Positions 44,301 through 54,010 of a stretch of DNA of 64,000 nucleotides are shown here, one piece after another. Position 1 is the stretch's first letter; the number at the start of each line of letters is the position of its first letter. Source of the DNA: an uncultured Anaerolineales bacterium (GTDB taxonomy: Bacteria > Chloroflexota > Anaerolineae > B4-G1 > SLSP01); assembly GCA_964508025.1 (NCBI GenBank), contig CAZDSF010000001.1:22320-86319 (forward strand). Direction: 5' to 3'. Both the position numbers and the translations under genes were made by a program. Below the pieces are notes generated by a model. It ran no database searches, was not told the DNA's origin, and was given only the letters and a program-made list of their open reading frames with translations.

Positions 44301-44764
44301 TCGGCTTTGTTGACCAGGAGTAACGCAGCATGGGTGGCGTCGGTCACGAGCATGGCTTCTTTTGCCAGCAGTTCAAAGATGGTGTCAATCTCGAAAGTGG
44401 CATTGATGGAGCGTCCCAGGCGGTACAGAGAGCCAAGACGGATGTGTTGCACTTCGAGCGTCTTTTGTACTTGTTGGAAAGCTGCACTCGAGGGTGATTG
44501 GGGCAGAGCGGCATGGTATCCCCTGAGCAGCTCGCCCAACAACGCAGACAACGCTGGCGCGCTATCGCGCAGCAGGCAGTCAGGGGATTCTGCCAGCAGC
44601 GCTGCCATCGCAGCGGTGTGCAGCGCGGCGATGTTTTCTGGTGGATCGCCGGCGGCGGCAATGCGCTGGCCCAGCTCGGCGGCTGTTTGGGGTGCATCGT
44701 TCCCTCCCGCACTGCTATAAGGCTGTGCGATGCTGCGTAGCAAGTGTTGTAGCATTTGCGTCAT
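41318..44764 (-). CDS. large multi-sensor histidine kinase (multiple GAF/PAS, HisKA, HATPase)
   Basis: ~1148 aa from Met at MTQMLQ; repeated GAF-like blocks, H-box SQELRTPVTT, HATPase ...GTGLGLAIVKEIVEMHGG... Confidence 0.75.
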   Translation of the reverse strand: MTQMLQHLLRSIAQPYSSAGGNDAPQTAAELGQRIAAAGDPPENIAALHTAAMAALLAESPDCLLRDSAPALSALLGELLRGYHAALPQSPSSAAFQQVQKTLEVQHIRLGSLYRLGRSINATFEIDTIFELLAKEAMLVTDATHAALLLVNKAENCLQINTLLGFSPEETAFALNNNVVLGKGLNGYAYEHQCIVVVDDVREDPRYWEFVPNTRAELVLPIIHESHVLGNLDLQSPEVGAFQNADLEHLKALADQAAIAIQNARLYQKAQMELVERRRVQEALERRAKQLLLVWQVSQQVSSLLEPEPLLERIADLIRMTFKYAYVVILLMDATQTKLSLRAKSGFAVESTRTIELQVGTQGICGWVAAHGQPLLVNDVTQEARYWQLEELTATRSELAVPIKIKGQIIGVLDVQSAELNAFNEDDLFILEVLADQIGVTVENARLLEAEQQRRQEAETLRTAALSMITTVDRDQVIKQILTELRKVVPYDSASVQLLKGHHLEIIGGHGFPNLEELLGLTFDLNANDNPNCEVMRTRATFIVEDAPTVYDNFQEEPHAPANIHSWLGAPLLIGNEPIGMIALDKHETGFYTQEHARLAEAFAAQAAIAVANSQLFEAEREQRELAEALAQAAAAVTGTLDHNEVLDRILEQIQRIMNGDACNIMLIERDYARPVRHRGYEQIPASRAPKQSPMSIERTFTLRRMVETGAPVIIADTLIEANWIPPEDPNTVWLRSYVGAPVRMGERMLGFLNVDAITPNRFSADDARRLALFAPYAASAIENARLYRELQDYASELERRVQKRTAQIQAQLARLDAILNGASDGIIVADAHGQILQANPVAQDLLTRTLSPEDAAHLHTAIQRLVTSTEAAPHIVLSLAGIDLQLNAAPISGAKAQQPSTVVTIHDISQIKALERMKSGFVANVSQELRTPVTTMKLYTELMLKQPDKAPRYAEMLMQAVEHLAQLVEKILQLAHIDAGRVELRLEPTRLDELVELVIGNHQAIGRAIGVQLRYSPPAQDMQILADPKQLVVVLNNLVENGLLYTLTDGEVAVAINQVEVAQRRWAAVTIQDNGIGIPEDELPHIFERFFRGKVPQLMQKSGTGLGLAIVKEIVEMHGGWIEIESTVKEGSTFTLFLPLLHTLQQP

Positions 44765-44873
44765 GTCCGTTCCCCTGAAATTGTGAAGGATGAAAGCAGA
44801 AGGAGGAAGCATTTCTGCGCTGCGATTTTCCTCTCCTGTAGCTGCACCGCAGATTCAGTAAACACGTGAGATA

Positions 44874-44934
44874 ATTATAGCGGAACTGTGATAAATCAAA
44901 AGCCAGGTTTTCTGCCGCAGCAGTCCACCTGGCT
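44874..44934 (-). terminator. terminator hairpin downstream of htrA followed by candidate -10 (TATAAT) of multi-GAF HK promoter
   Basis: agccaggt...acctggct stem (44901-44934) followed on minus strand by TTTTGATTTAT; TATAAT at ~44874-44879 (minus). Confidence 0.5.
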
Positions 44935-45128
44935 TCTGGCTTATGTGGGGTCTGGAAATGGCGTGCGCCTAGGGTTTTCGTAGCAGGTCGCTGACCGAAA
45001 TCGCGCCACGCCTTGCACAAGACCTCTAAAGCGCGAGCAAGGCATTCGCCCGGGGTTGCCGAAGCAAGCGCTTTGCACCACGAGCCTTATAGGGGGCGCA
45101 GAAGCCCGCCGAATTACTACGAATGCCC

Positions 45129-46340
45129 CTATTGCGCGGGACGCTCGCCGAGGGTGAGTGGGATTTCGGTTCTGTTGCCGTCGCGCAAAACGGTGAGCCG
45201 TACCCGCTGCCCTGGACGAGTTTGTCGGCTCAGCGTCGCCACGAGATCGTCGAAGCTGCGGATGGGCGTGTCATCGAGTGCAATGATCACGTCCCCGCCT
45301 ATGGCTGCCGTCTGCCCATCAAGGGTGATCCGGCGATTGCTGCCCCTGAGGCCGGCTCTCTCTGCCGGCCCGCCCGCGATGACCTCGATGATCAATGCAC
45401 CGCGCTGGTCGGCGGGCAGCTGCATGGCTTCCGCCAGGTCGGGAGAGAGCGACGTGCCGCTGACGCCAATCCACGGGTGGGTGTAGGCGCCCTCTTCGAT
45501 GAGCACCGGCACAACGCGCTGCACGATGGCCGTGGGGATGGCGAAGCCAATGCCGACCGAGGCTTGCACCGGCGAGATGATCGCGGTGGTCACACCGATG
45601 ACCTGGCCCTGTTCATTGACCAGCACCCCGCCGGAGTTGCCCGGATTGATGGGCGCATCGGTTTGGATGATATCGGGGATGCTGTAGCGGCTGCCCAGCG
45701 TTGCGCCTACCGGCAGCGAGCGTCCCAGGGCGCTGATGAAGCCTACGGTCATGGTGTTTTGTAAGCCGAAGGGATTCCCAATTGCCACGGAAAGCTGCCC
45801 CACGCGCACCTCTTGCTGCGCCAGTTGTACCGGCTGCAACTGGCTGGCGGGCAGCTCCACGCGCAGAACGGCGAGGTCGCTGTACGGATCTGTGCCCACC
45901 ACCGTCGCCGCAGCGATTGTACCATCGGCGAAGCCCACGTTTATTTTGGTTGCCCCTTCAATGACGTGATAGTTGGTGACGATATGTCCCTCGGTGTCCC
46001 ATACAAACCCCGATCCAGAGCCGCGCGCGAAGGGTTGCAGCGGGTCCTCTGGGAAAGGCGTGGATGAACTGCCCCGTTGTTGGATGACCTGAATGCTCAC
46101 TACAGAGGGGTTGACTGCGGTATAGAGGTCTGCCAGGGCGCTCTGTAGCGCGCTGAGAACGTTATCCTGATCCAATACCGAAGGCGCAACAGCCGTGGGA
46201 GGCGCCAGCGGCGCACTCTCCGTTCCCCATGGCGCAGTTTCGGGCCGCTGCGCTGTCATCAACGATATGAAGCTACAACCCGTGAGCGTAAACATCGCTA
46301 TCATAGCAATGACAATCATCCAGATGCGTTTTTGAAACAT
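45129..46340 (-). CDS. htrA: HtrA/DegP-family trypsin-like serine protease with PDZ domain
   Basis: GGAGGTGA RBS; signal/TM anchor; catalytic GNSGGVLV; C-terminal PDZ. Confidence 0.85.
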   Translation of the reverse strand: MFQKRIWMIVIAMIAMFTLTGCSFISLMTAQRPETAPWGTESAPLAPPTAVAPSVLDQDNVLSALQSALADLYTAVNPSVVSIQVIQQRGSSSTPFPEDPLQPFARGSGSGFVWDTEGHIVTNYHVIEGATKINVGFADGTIAAATVVGTDPYSDLAVLRVELPASQLQPVQLAQQEVRVGQLSVAIGNPFGLQNTMTVGFISALGRSLPVGATLGSRYSIPDIIQTDAPINPGNSGGVLVNEQGQVIGVTTAIISPVQASVGIGFAIPTAIVQRVVPVLIEEGAYTHPWIGVSGTSLSPDLAEAMQLPADQRGALIIEVIAGGPAERAGLRGSNRRITLDGQTAAIGGDVIIALDDTPIRSFDDLVATLSRQTRPGQRVRLTVLRDGNRTEIPLTLGERPAQ

Positions 46341-46472
46341 GTTCTCACCTCCTGGCGGCGCGCTTTGCGCCGGCAACATGCAATTACCGCCTCCTGGTCG
46401 GCGCACCTTTGAGCATAGCGCAAATTCCCGACGGGGTCTTTAAGGGGACTTACGGATTGACTTAAGAGAAGT

Positions 46473-47891
46473 TTAAGAAGCAGGCTCCTGCAGGGGCAAG
46501 TGGATGGTGAAGCAACTGCCGCTGCCGGGGGCGCTGACGACCTCGATATGCCCGCCGTGCGCCGTGACCAGGTCGCGGGCGATTGTCAATCCCAGACCCA
46601 TGCCTTGCGGAAAGCGGCGACTTGTCGGCCCGCGATAGAAGGCTTCGAAGATCCGGCTCTGTTCTTCTGGCGGGATGCCCGGCCCGGAATCGCAGACAGA
46701 TAGCCGCAAGGCATCGGCAACGACCTCGGCGGCGGTGGCGATTTCGCCGCCTGGGGGGGTGTACTTGATGGCGTTGCTCAAAATGTTGCCGAGCGCCTGC
46801 GCCATACGATCGGCATCTATCGTCAGCGTTGGCAGCGTAGGCGCGAGCGCCGTCTGCCAGCGTAAATCTTTGCCCAGCGCCGCCTCGCGCCAGGGAATGA
46901 GCGTCTGCCGCAACCACGGGCCGATCTCTGTGGGGCTGCGATCCAGCTCCAGCGGGCCGAGCGTCTGTCCGTAGAGCTGTGTGAGATCATCCAGCAGGCG
47001 CCGCATACGGGTAACCTCGGCATCCATGCCGCTGAGCAGCTCCTCGCGCAACGCCGCATCCTCGCTGGCGCCCGCAGCGAGCGCCTGAATCGCGGAACGC
47101 AGCGCACCCAGGGGCCGCCCGATCTCGTGAACGAGGTTGGCGAGGAGCCGCTGTCGGGCTTTCTCCAGGCTTTGCAGCTGAATGGTGAGCGCGTTGAAGG
47201 CGCGGACGAGCAGCCGGTATTCGCGGGGGCCTTGTTCGGGCAACTGTTCCAGCTGATGCCCCTGCGCCATTCGGAGGATCGCTTCGGTGCTGCGGGTCAG
47301 GGGGCGTTCCAGATCAAAGGCAAGAAACAGGCCCACGCCCAACCCTCCCAGCAAACCTACTGCCAGCACCGAGAAGATGAAGGTGCGGGCGCGGGGAAAG
47401 CGCGCGTAGACGTTGGAGAGCGGATCGGTGAGGCGGATCACGCCCAGCACCCGGTTGCGGGCGATGATGGGTACCAGCACATCGGCGGCGCCGGCGCCGC
47501 GTTGCTGTCCGTAATCAATGCGCAGGATGGCGCCGGTGCGGAGCACTTCGGCGAAACCGGGAACCGTCGCCTGGCGTCCAATGCGGCTTTGTTCTTCTGG
47601 ATCGGTGGAAGCCAGGATTATGCCGTCGGCGGTGATCAGCGTCATCTGCGCCGAGACGTAAGGATCCACACGCGCGGTAAAGATCTGCGCCTGGAACGGA
47701 TCAAACCAGATCTGGGGGTAGTTATCGGCCAGTTCCGCGACCAGGAGCGCCTGCCGTTCCAATTCGTTGGAGAGGCCCGCCAGCAGCACTTGTGTCTCTA
47801 GCAGGTACGTCAACACCACGCCAATGATGGGCAACACCACCAGCAGCGGCAGAATATGGCTGAGAATCAACCGGGTTCGTAATTTGCGCAT
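46473..47891 (-). CDS. two-component sensor histidine kinase (HAMP-HisKA-HATPase)
   Basis: two TM segments, H-box LVHEIGRPL, ...GMGLGLTIARDLVTAHGG... Confidence 0.8.
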   Translation of the reverse strand: MRKLRTRLILSHILPLLVVLPIIGVVLTYLLETQVLLAGLSNELERQALLVAELADNYPQIWFDPFQAQIFTARVDPYVSAQMTLITADGIILASTDPEEQSRIGRQATVPGFAEVLRTGAILRIDYGQQRGAGAADVLVPIIARNRVLGVIRLTDPLSNVYARFPRARTFIFSVLAVGLLGGLGVGLFLAFDLERPLTRSTEAILRMAQGHQLEQLPEQGPREYRLLVRAFNALTIQLQSLEKARQRLLANLVHEIGRPLGALRSAIQALAAGASEDAALREELLSGMDAEVTRMRRLLDDLTQLYGQTLGPLELDRSPTEIGPWLRQTLIPWREAALGKDLRWQTALAPTLPTLTIDADRMAQALGNILSNAIKYTPPGGEIATAAEVVADALRLSVCDSGPGIPPEEQSRIFEAFYRGPTSRRFPQGMGLGLTIARDLVTAHGGHIEVVSAPGSGSCFTIHLPLQEPAS

Positions 47892-47924
47892 TAGTCAAAA
47901 GTCAGGCATCATCAGTCAGGGTGA

Positions 47925-48085
47925 GGGGTAATGGGAATGGGTAACGGGTGATGGGTAACGGGTAACGGGTGATGGGTCGCAAGCCACAAGCCGCGCGCCG
48001 CACCTTCCAATTTCCCCACCTCCCCACCTCCCTATCTCCCCAGCTCCTCTGCCCCTCTGCTCCGCCGCTCCGCCGCTCCCCAGCA
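47925..48085. repeat. tandem GGGTAACGGGTGATG repeats plus CCCCACCTCCCC tract inside the RR-HK intergenic spacer
   Basis: ggtaatgggaatgggtaacgggtgatgggtaacgggtaacgggtgatgggtcgc then ccccacctccccacctccctatctcccc...ccgctccgccgctcccc. Confidence 0.65.
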
Positions 48086-48090
48086 GCCTC

Positions 48091-48777
48091 TCACGCTACC
48101 AGCTTATACCCCACGCCGCGCACGGTGATGATGCGTTGGGGATGCTGAGGGTCCTCTTCCAGTTTCTCGCGCAGCCAGCGGATGTGGACGTAGACGACTT
48201 GCGGCTCGCCCACGTATTCCGCGCCCCACACGCGCGCCAGCAGCTCATCCACGGAGAGGACGCGCCCGGCTTCTTGCGCCAACGCCGCAAGCAAATCGAA
48301 TTCGCGCGGGGCCAGCTCCACAGGCTGCCCGCGCAGCGTCACGCTATGGGCGGCGGTATCAATGACCAGCTCGCCAACGACGAGAGGGGGCGGCGGCGTT
48401 GTGGGCGCGGGCGAGACGCTGCGCCGCAAGACCACTTTGATGCGCGCCAGGAGCACGTCAATGTCGAAGGGCTTGGTGATGTAGTCATCCGCGCCTAGTT
48501 CCAGGCCGAGCACCTCATCGAGCTGGCGGCGGCGCGCGGTGAGGAAGATCACGGGGACATCGGCCTGCGCCCGCAAATTGCGGAGCGCGTCTAGCCCATC
48601 CATGCCCGGCAAGCCGATGTCGAGGAGCACCAGGTCCGGCGGCTCCAACCGCGCCACAGCGAGCGCATCCTCGGCGGCGGCGGCGGTAGAGACCGTGTAC
48701 CCTGCGCGTTCCAGGTTGAAGGCCAGACTGCGTCGCAACAGCGCGTCATCATCTACGATCAGGATGCGTTTGGACAT
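48091..48777 (-). CDS. OmpR-family response regulator
   Basis: REC (ILIVDDDALLRR...LLDIGLPGMDG) + winged-helix C-terminal domain (...YVHIRWLREKL...). Confidence 0.85.
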   Translation of the reverse strand: MSKRILIVDDDALLRRSLAFNLERAGYTVSTAAAAEDALAVARLEPPDLVLLDIGLPGMDGLDALRNLRAQADVPVIFLTARRRQLDEVLGLELGADDYITKPFDIDVLLARIKVVLRRSVSPAPTTPPPPLVVGELVIDTAAHSVTLRGQPVELAPREFDLLAALAQEAGRVLSVDELLARVWGAEYVGEPQVVYVHIRWLREKLEEDPQHPQRIITVRGVGYKLVA

Positions 48778-48854
48778 GGCAACAAGGTTCTGGTAAGTTT
48801 CTTCGCAGAGGGCGCGGCGTCAGCCTGCCACTGCGCCCTCTGCGGGAGAGGATT

Positions 48855-49730
48855 CTAGCGCAATCTGGCGAGCAGGCTCTCGACCTGCGCCGCGTCGAGC
48901 TTTTCCAGCGGGCGTTTCACCAGCGGTGCGCCCTCTTTGAGCACTGGATCCAACATCTCGAAGGTGGGACCGGGTGTAGCGCGATAGAAGATGCCGATGG
49001 GAATGCGGTCGCCCCATTCCTGCGCGCGCTCCCACGCGACGGTGCGATTGCTGGGATCGTAGCCGGCTTCGTCTTCCAGCTTGTAGACGCGATCCCCATA
49101 GTAATCGTAGGTGCGTGGTTTGTTGAACGAAACGCATGGTTGGAGAATATCCACCAGCGCGTAGCCGGGATGCTCCAGCGCTTCGCCGATGAGCCAGATG
49201 AGGTGCTTGAGGTCGCCTGGATAACCGCGTCCCACGAAGGTCGCGCCGTGGGTGATTGCCAGCGCCAACGGCTGCGCCGGATCCTCGGCAGAGCCTTGCG
49301 GCGAGGTCGAGGTCTTCCAACCCTTCTCGCTGGTGGGAGAAAACTGCCCTTTGGTCAAGCCGTAGATCTTGTTATTCTGCACAATCTCGGTGATGCCGGG
49401 ATTGCGGCGGATGGCGTGGACGAAGTGCCCCAACCCCTCGCCGTAGCCGTCGCCGTCGCCATGGACGACGACGACGCGCATGCCGTGATTGGCGAGCTTC
49501 GCGCCCTGCGCGACGGGCATAGGTCGCCCGTGGAGGGTGTGCATGCCATTGACGCGCATGTACTGGGGCAGCTTGCTGCCGCAACCGATGCCCGTTACGA
49601 TCATCAGCTCGTGCGGCGCGATGGCGTGCTCCACCAGCGCGCGGGTGAGGGCGTTGAGGATGCCGTAGTCTCCGCAGCCGGGGCACCAGGTGGGTTTTTC
49701 ATCAATCTTGTAGTCGTCGCGCGTGACCAT
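48855..49730 (-). CDS. korB: 2-oxoacid:ferredoxin oxidoreductase beta subunit (TPP-binding)
   Basis: MVTRDDYKIDEKPTWCPGCGDYG... ; upstream 160 aa of track ORF 48855..50216 is out-of-frame overlap with korA. Confidence 0.8.
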   Translation of the reverse strand: MVTRDDYKIDEKPTWCPGCGDYGILNALTRALVEHAIAPHELMIVTGIGCGSKLPQYMRVNGMHTLHGRPMPVAQGAKLANHGMRVVVVHGDGDGYGEGLGHFVHAIRRNPGITEIVQNNKIYGLTKGQFSPTSEKGWKTSTSPQGSAEDPAQPLALAITHGATFVGRGYPGDLKHLIWLIGEALEHPGYALVDILQPCVSFNKPRTYDYYGDRVYKLEDEAGYDPSNRTVAWERAQEWGDRIPIGIFYRATPGPTFEMLDPVLKEGAPLVKRPLEKLDAAQVESLLARLR

Positions 49731-49731
49731 G

Positions 49732-51471
49732 TTACGCCTCCTGCAATCTCGCGAGGATGAATTCGGGCCGGAAGGGACGCCCGTCGAAACGGTGAATGTG
49801 TCCATCCACCGATAGCCCGGTCCGAGCGCGGATGAGGATCTCCAGCTGCCCGGTGTAGTTGCCTTCCACCACGATTGTCTGGCGAGCCTTGCGCAGTTCG
49901 GCTTCCGCCGTGGGCGGGAAGGGTTCCAATCCGCTGAAGTGCAGCATGTTTGCCGCGCCGGCTTCCTGCGCGTTGAGGCGATCCACAGCCTCGCGCACCG
50001 GCCCATAGGTGGAGCCCCAGCAGACCAGCGTGAGCGCCGCATCCTCCGGCCCGTACCAGGTGGGGGCGGGAACGTCCTCCGCCATCGGCATCGCCTTGCG
50101 CATCCGCTTGCTCTGCTGCGCGATGCGGTTCTGCGCGTCCTCCTCGATGCGGGGATATTCGTCGTGCTCGTTGCTCTCTGTGACCCAGATGGCGTTGGGA
50201 TGGCCCGGCAGCGCACGCGGGGAGATGCCGCTTGCGGTGATTTGGTAGCGCTTGTAGCGTTCGGTTAGCGCATCGAGATCGGCGTCGCTGAGCAGCGCGC
50301 CGCGATCAATCTCGACCGCGTCGAAGTCGAGCGCCTTGGCCTCCAGCGAGCGGAAGGCATCCGCCAGGAATTGGTCGCTCAGCACCATCACCGGCGTCTG
50401 GTATTTCTCGGCGACGTTGAAGGCGACCCATCCCAGATGGAAGGCTTCTTCCAGTGTGCCGGGCGCCAGCACCATGCGCGGGAACTCATCCTGCGAAGCG
50501 TGGAGCATGAAGAGCAGGTCGGCTTGCTCCGTGCGGGTAGGCAGACCCGTGGCGGGGCCGGGACGCTGCGCGTTGTAGATGACAAGCGGCGTCTCGCTGA
50601 TGCCGGCGAAGCCCGTCGCCTCTACCATCAGCGCGTAGCCGCCGCCGGACGTGGGCACCAGGGCGCGCGCGCCCATGATCGCCGCGCCAATCGCCATATT
50701 GATGGCGGAGATCTCATCCTCGACGTGCTTGGCGACGGCGCCGTACTTCGCGCCGTTCTGCGCAAACCAGACCAGCACCGGCGAGCCGGGCGTCATCGGA
50801 TAGCCGGAGACGAAGCGGCAGCCGCCCGCCAATGCGCCCATCGAGAACGCCTGCGTGCCGTTGAGCAGGATGCGCTGCGGCGCATCGGGGATGGCGTGCA
50901 GGCGGAAGGGGAAATCGGCTTTGTAATCCGCCGCGATCTCGGCGCCTTTGCGAATGACGTTGAGATTGCTCGTCACCACATCCTCGCCCTTCTTGGCGAA
51001 GTTGTCGCGCACGATGCTTTCGACGTAGGCGAGGTCGAATTCCAGCAGTCCGGCGGCGATGCCGAGCGCCAGCGTGTTGCGCATCAGCTCCAGCCCGCCG
51101 ATCTCGCGGGCGAGCTGCGTGAGCGCCGTGGGGATGAAGCACACATCCTCGCGCTTGAGCGCGTCGGGCAGCGGGTCCTTGCTATCGTAGACCACTGCGC
51201 CGCCGGGAACGACATCGGCGATGTGGCGACGCACCGTCTCTATGTCCAACGCTAAGAGAATATGGACGGGGTCTGCAATCGAGAAGAGCGGATCGCGGGC
51301 GGCGCGCAACGTGAAGAAGTTGTGTCCGCCGCGAATGCGCGAGTAGAAATCCGGTACGCCGAAGACGTGCAATCCCCCGCGCACCAGCGCCCTGGCAAAG
51401 CCTGCACCGCTGGATTCCAGGCCCATGCCGGCTTCTCCACCGATACGAATCGTAATATCATTTTCGACCAT
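49732..51471 (-). CDS. korA: 2-oxoacid:ferredoxin oxidoreductase alpha subunit
   Basis: MVENDITIRIGGEAGMGLESSG... typical KorA/PorA N-terminus; GGAG RBS. Confidence 0.8.
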   Translation of the reverse strand: MVENDITIRIGGEAGMGLESSGAGFARALVRGGLHVFGVPDFYSRIRGGHNFFTLRAARDPLFSIADPVHILLALDIETVRRHIADVVPGGAVVYDSKDPLPDALKREDVCFIPTALTQLAREIGGLELMRNTLALGIAAGLLEFDLAYVESIVRDNFAKKGEDVVTSNLNVIRKGAEIAADYKADFPFRLHAIPDAPQRILLNGTQAFSMGALAGGCRFVSGYPMTPGSPVLVWFAQNGAKYGAVAKHVEDEISAINMAIGAAIMGARALVPTSGGGYALMVEATGFAGISETPLVIYNAQRPGPATGLPTRTEQADLLFMLHASQDEFPRMVLAPGTLEEAFHLGWVAFNVAEKYQTPVMVLSDQFLADAFRSLEAKALDFDAVEIDRGALLSDADLDALTERYKRYQITASGISPRALPGHPNAIWVTESNEHDEYPRIEEDAQNRIAQQSKRMRKAMPMAEDVPAPTWYGPEDAALTLVCWGSTYGPVREAVDRLNAQEAGAANMLHFSGLEPFPPTAEAELRKARQTIVVEGNYTGQLEILIRARTGLSVDGHIHRFDGRPFRPEFILARLQEA

Positions 51472-51522
51472 AGGGAGCTCCTTTCGATAGGCTAAAACAG
51501 GTAAGCGAGAAAACAAGGCGGC

Positions 51523-52869
51523 TTATGTAAGGGCATTCCAGGCTTGAGCGCCACCCAAGACGACGTGTAGGTTGTTCCATCCCTGGCGCTGTAGCCAGCT
51601 GGCGGCAATCATCGCGCGCGCGCCGGTACCGCAGAAGATGTAAACGGGGAGATTGCGCGGGACTTCGGCCTCGCGCCCCGCGAGCTGGCGCAAGGGCAAC
51701 GGCTGCGCGCCGGCAAGCGGGCTGGAGGCGACCTCCTCGGCGCTGCGCACATCGAGGAGCTGGGCCGGTTCTCCGGCAGCGATGCGCTGGCGCAGGACGC
51801 TGGCATCAACCAGCGGGAGCGCTTCGCTGCCGCGTCCCGATATCGCCCAGCTGGACATGCCGCCTGCCAGCACGCCGCAGACGTTATCGTAGCCCAGGCG
51901 CACGAACTGCTGCATGACTTCTAAGGGCGTATCCTCCTCGGCGACGAGCAACAGCGGCTGATCGGTGGGGAGAAACCAGCCGCCGAAAACGGCCAGCCGT
52001 TGGGCGGTGAGAAACTGCGCGCCGGGCACGTGACCCGCGCTGAAGGCGTATTCGGAGCGCACATCCACCACCAGCGCAGAAGTCGCCTGCGCGGCAAGCG
52101 CTGCCGCCGAAAGGAGCGGCGGCATGGGAACGCCGCCCAGCAATGGCGGCCCTTCGAGATTGAGGCGCTCGATGTGCGTGAAATACGGCGGTTTGGGCAA
52201 CTTACGAACCACGGCCTCGATAAAGGCGGCGCGGTCTGTGTGTTGCAGGCGGGGATTGCGCGCGCGTTCCAGCCCCAGCGAACTCCAGGCGCGATCAGCG
52301 ATGGCGGAGCCGCAGGGCGAACCCGCGCCATGTCCCGGCCCGATGAGCACGCCATCGCCCAGCGGCAGCAGCTTGCCGAAGATACTGTCGTACAGGCGCC
52401 CCGCCATTTCGGGCGCGCGTTCCATGCCCAGGAAGTCTACGCGGCCCACTTCACCCGCGAAGAGCACATCGCCCGTGAAGACGATCCACGGCGCGCCATC
52501 GGCATCGCGCAGCAGATAACTCAGGCTGCCTTCGGTGTGGCCCGGCGTGAGCAGCGCTTCGAGGGATAGGCGCCCCATTTGCCAGCGCTGCCCCTCCACG
52601 GCGGGCTGGCCGTACTGATAGGGCAATTGTGCATCGGCGTGCCAGATGTCCGCGCCGGTGCGCGCAGCCAGCTCCACCGAGCCGACGGCGAAATCCTCGT
52701 GGCGGTGGGTCTCCAGAATGGCGATGATGCGCATCCCGGCGGTGTGCGCCCGTTCGAGGTAGATTTCGATATCCCGGCGGGGATCAATCACGATGGCAGC
52801 CGCCCCGTCGCCAATGATATAGGAATATTGGGCCAGGCCAGCAGATTCGACACGCTCTAAAAGCATCAC
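51523..52869 (-). CDS. MBL-fold hydrolase fused to two rhodanese domains (persulfide dioxygenase-sulfurtransferase-like)
   Basis: ...AILETHRHEDF... (HxHxDH-like) then rhodanese Cys loops (...IFCGTGAR...). Confidence 0.65.
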   Translation of the reverse strand: MMLLERVESAGLAQYSYIIGDGAAAIVIDPRRDIEIYLERAHTAGMRIIAILETHRHEDFAVGSVELAARTGADIWHADAQLPYQYGQPAVEGQRWQMGRLSLEALLTPGHTEGSLSYLLRDADGAPWIVFTGDVLFAGEVGRVDFLGMERAPEMAGRLYDSIFGKLLPLGDGVLIGPGHGAGSPCGSAIADRAWSSLGLERARNPRLQHTDRAAFIEAVVRKLPKPPYFTHIERLNLEGPPLLGGVPMPPLLSAAALAAQATSALVVDVRSEYAFSAGHVPGAQFLTAQRLAVFGGWFLPTDQPLLLVAEEDTPLEVMQQFVRLGYDNVCGVLAGGMSSWAISGRGSEALPLVDASVLRQRIAAGEPAQLLDVRSAEEVASSPLAGAQPLPLRQLAGREAEVPRNLPVYIFCGTGARAMIAASWLQRQGWNNLHVVLGGAQAWNALT

Positions 52870-53847
52870 TCACCCCTCGTAACCGTGAGGGTGGGTCTTG
52901 TGCCAGTCCCAGGCGGTCTCGACGATTCGCCGAATGTCGGGGTATTGCGGCTCCCAGCTCAGCTCCGCGCGGATGGTATCGCTCGCGGCGATGAGCGTCG
53001 CCGGATCGCCGGCGCGTCGCCCCACGATCTCGGCGGGAATGGGATGTCCTGTCACCTCGCGGCAGGCTTCGATCACCTCCATCACCGAAAAACCCAGGCC
53101 GTTGCCCAGGTTGTAGCGGCGGCTGCCTTTATCCAGCGCGCGCAGCGCCAGGATGTGCGCCTGCGCCAGGTCAATCACGTGGATGTAGTCGCGGATACAG
53201 GTGCCGTCGGGGGTGGGGTAGTCATCGCCGAAGACTTTGATGCTCTCGCGCTGCCCCAGAGCCACTTGCAGCACCAGCGGGATGAGATGGGTTTCGGGGC
53301 TGTGATCTTCGCCGCGCTCCGGGGTGGCGCCGGCGGCGTTGAAATAGCGCAGCGCGGCGTAGCGTAGGTCGTAGATGCGATCCATCCAGTGCAGGTAGCG
53401 CTCCAGGATGTGCTTCGACTCGCCGTAGGGGCTGCCCGGCACGATGCGCTCTGTTTCGGCGATGGGGATACGCGTGGGGGCGTCGAAGAGGTTGGCGGTC
53501 GAAGAGAGGATGAAGCGCCGGACGCCGTAAGTGACGGCATTTTGCAGCAGGTTGAGCGCGTTGGTGACGTTGTCACCCAGATACTTGAAGGGCAGGGCCA
53601 TGGATTCGCCGACCAGGGTATTGGAAGCGAAGTGCATGATGGCATCGGGGTGGTGGGTTTGGAACACGGCCTCGACAGCGGCGAAGTCCGCCAGATCGCC
53701 CTGGATGAAAATGGCTTGTGGCGGGACGGCGGCGCGATGCCCCTGAGAGAGATTGTCGAAAACGATAACATCCTCACCTGCTGCAATTAACTGCTCTGCG
53801 ACGACACTGCCGATATAGCCGGCGCCGCCTGTGACGAGAATTTTCAT
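52870..53847 (-). CDS. galE: UDP-glucose 4-epimerase
   Basis: [14 protein letters not shown] (NAD-binding), ...YGESKHILE... YxxxK; 325 aa. Confidence 0.85.
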   Translation of the reverse strand: MKILVTGGAGYIGSVVAEQLIAAGEDVIVFDNLSQGHRAAVPPQAIFIQGDLADFAAVEAVFQTHHPDAIMHFASNTLVGESMALPFKYLGDNVTNALNLLQNAVTYGVRRFILSSTANLFDAPTRIPIAETERIVPGSPYGESKHILERYLHWMDRIYDLRYAALRYFNAAGATPERGEDHSPETHLIPLVLQVALGQRESIKVFGDDYPTPDGTCIRDYIHVIDLAQAHILALRALDKGSRRYNLGNGLGFSVMEVIEACREVTGHPIPAEIVGRRAGDPATLIAASDTIRAELSWEPQYPDIRRIVETAWDWHKTHPHGYEG

Positions 53848-53888
53848 GTGTGTTCACCTCTCTGGAAAATGTGGGCTGCTTGCGCATT

Positions 53889-53952
53889 ATGATACACGGA
53901 GTGCGGCAAAGCGTCAAATGGCCCCGGCGCGAAATTGCTTCAAGCCGGGGCC
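53889..53952 (-). promoter_or_regulatory. terminator hairpin then sigma70-like promoter (TTGACG-17-TATCAT) for galE
   Basis: ggccccggc...gccggggcc stem (53920-53952); minus-strand TTGACG (53917-53912) 17 nt TATCAT (53894-53889). Confidence 0.5.
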
Positions 53953-54010
53953 AGGGGGCATTGGGCTTCTGCCCGTGTGCCGATTTCAGGGTTGCGGATC
54001 TGGATGTAAA

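Noticed and set aside
47925-47975. CRISPR array
   Set aside because: Repeats are 15-nt units directly abutting with no spacers; other repeats in the window are palindromic REP-like elements; no cas genes.
48855-50216. Single 453-aa ORF in the track spanning korB and part of korA
   Set aside because: Only the last 293 codons (from MVTRDDYK at 49730) encode KorB; the upstream 160 codons are an out-of-frame read-through overlapping korA.
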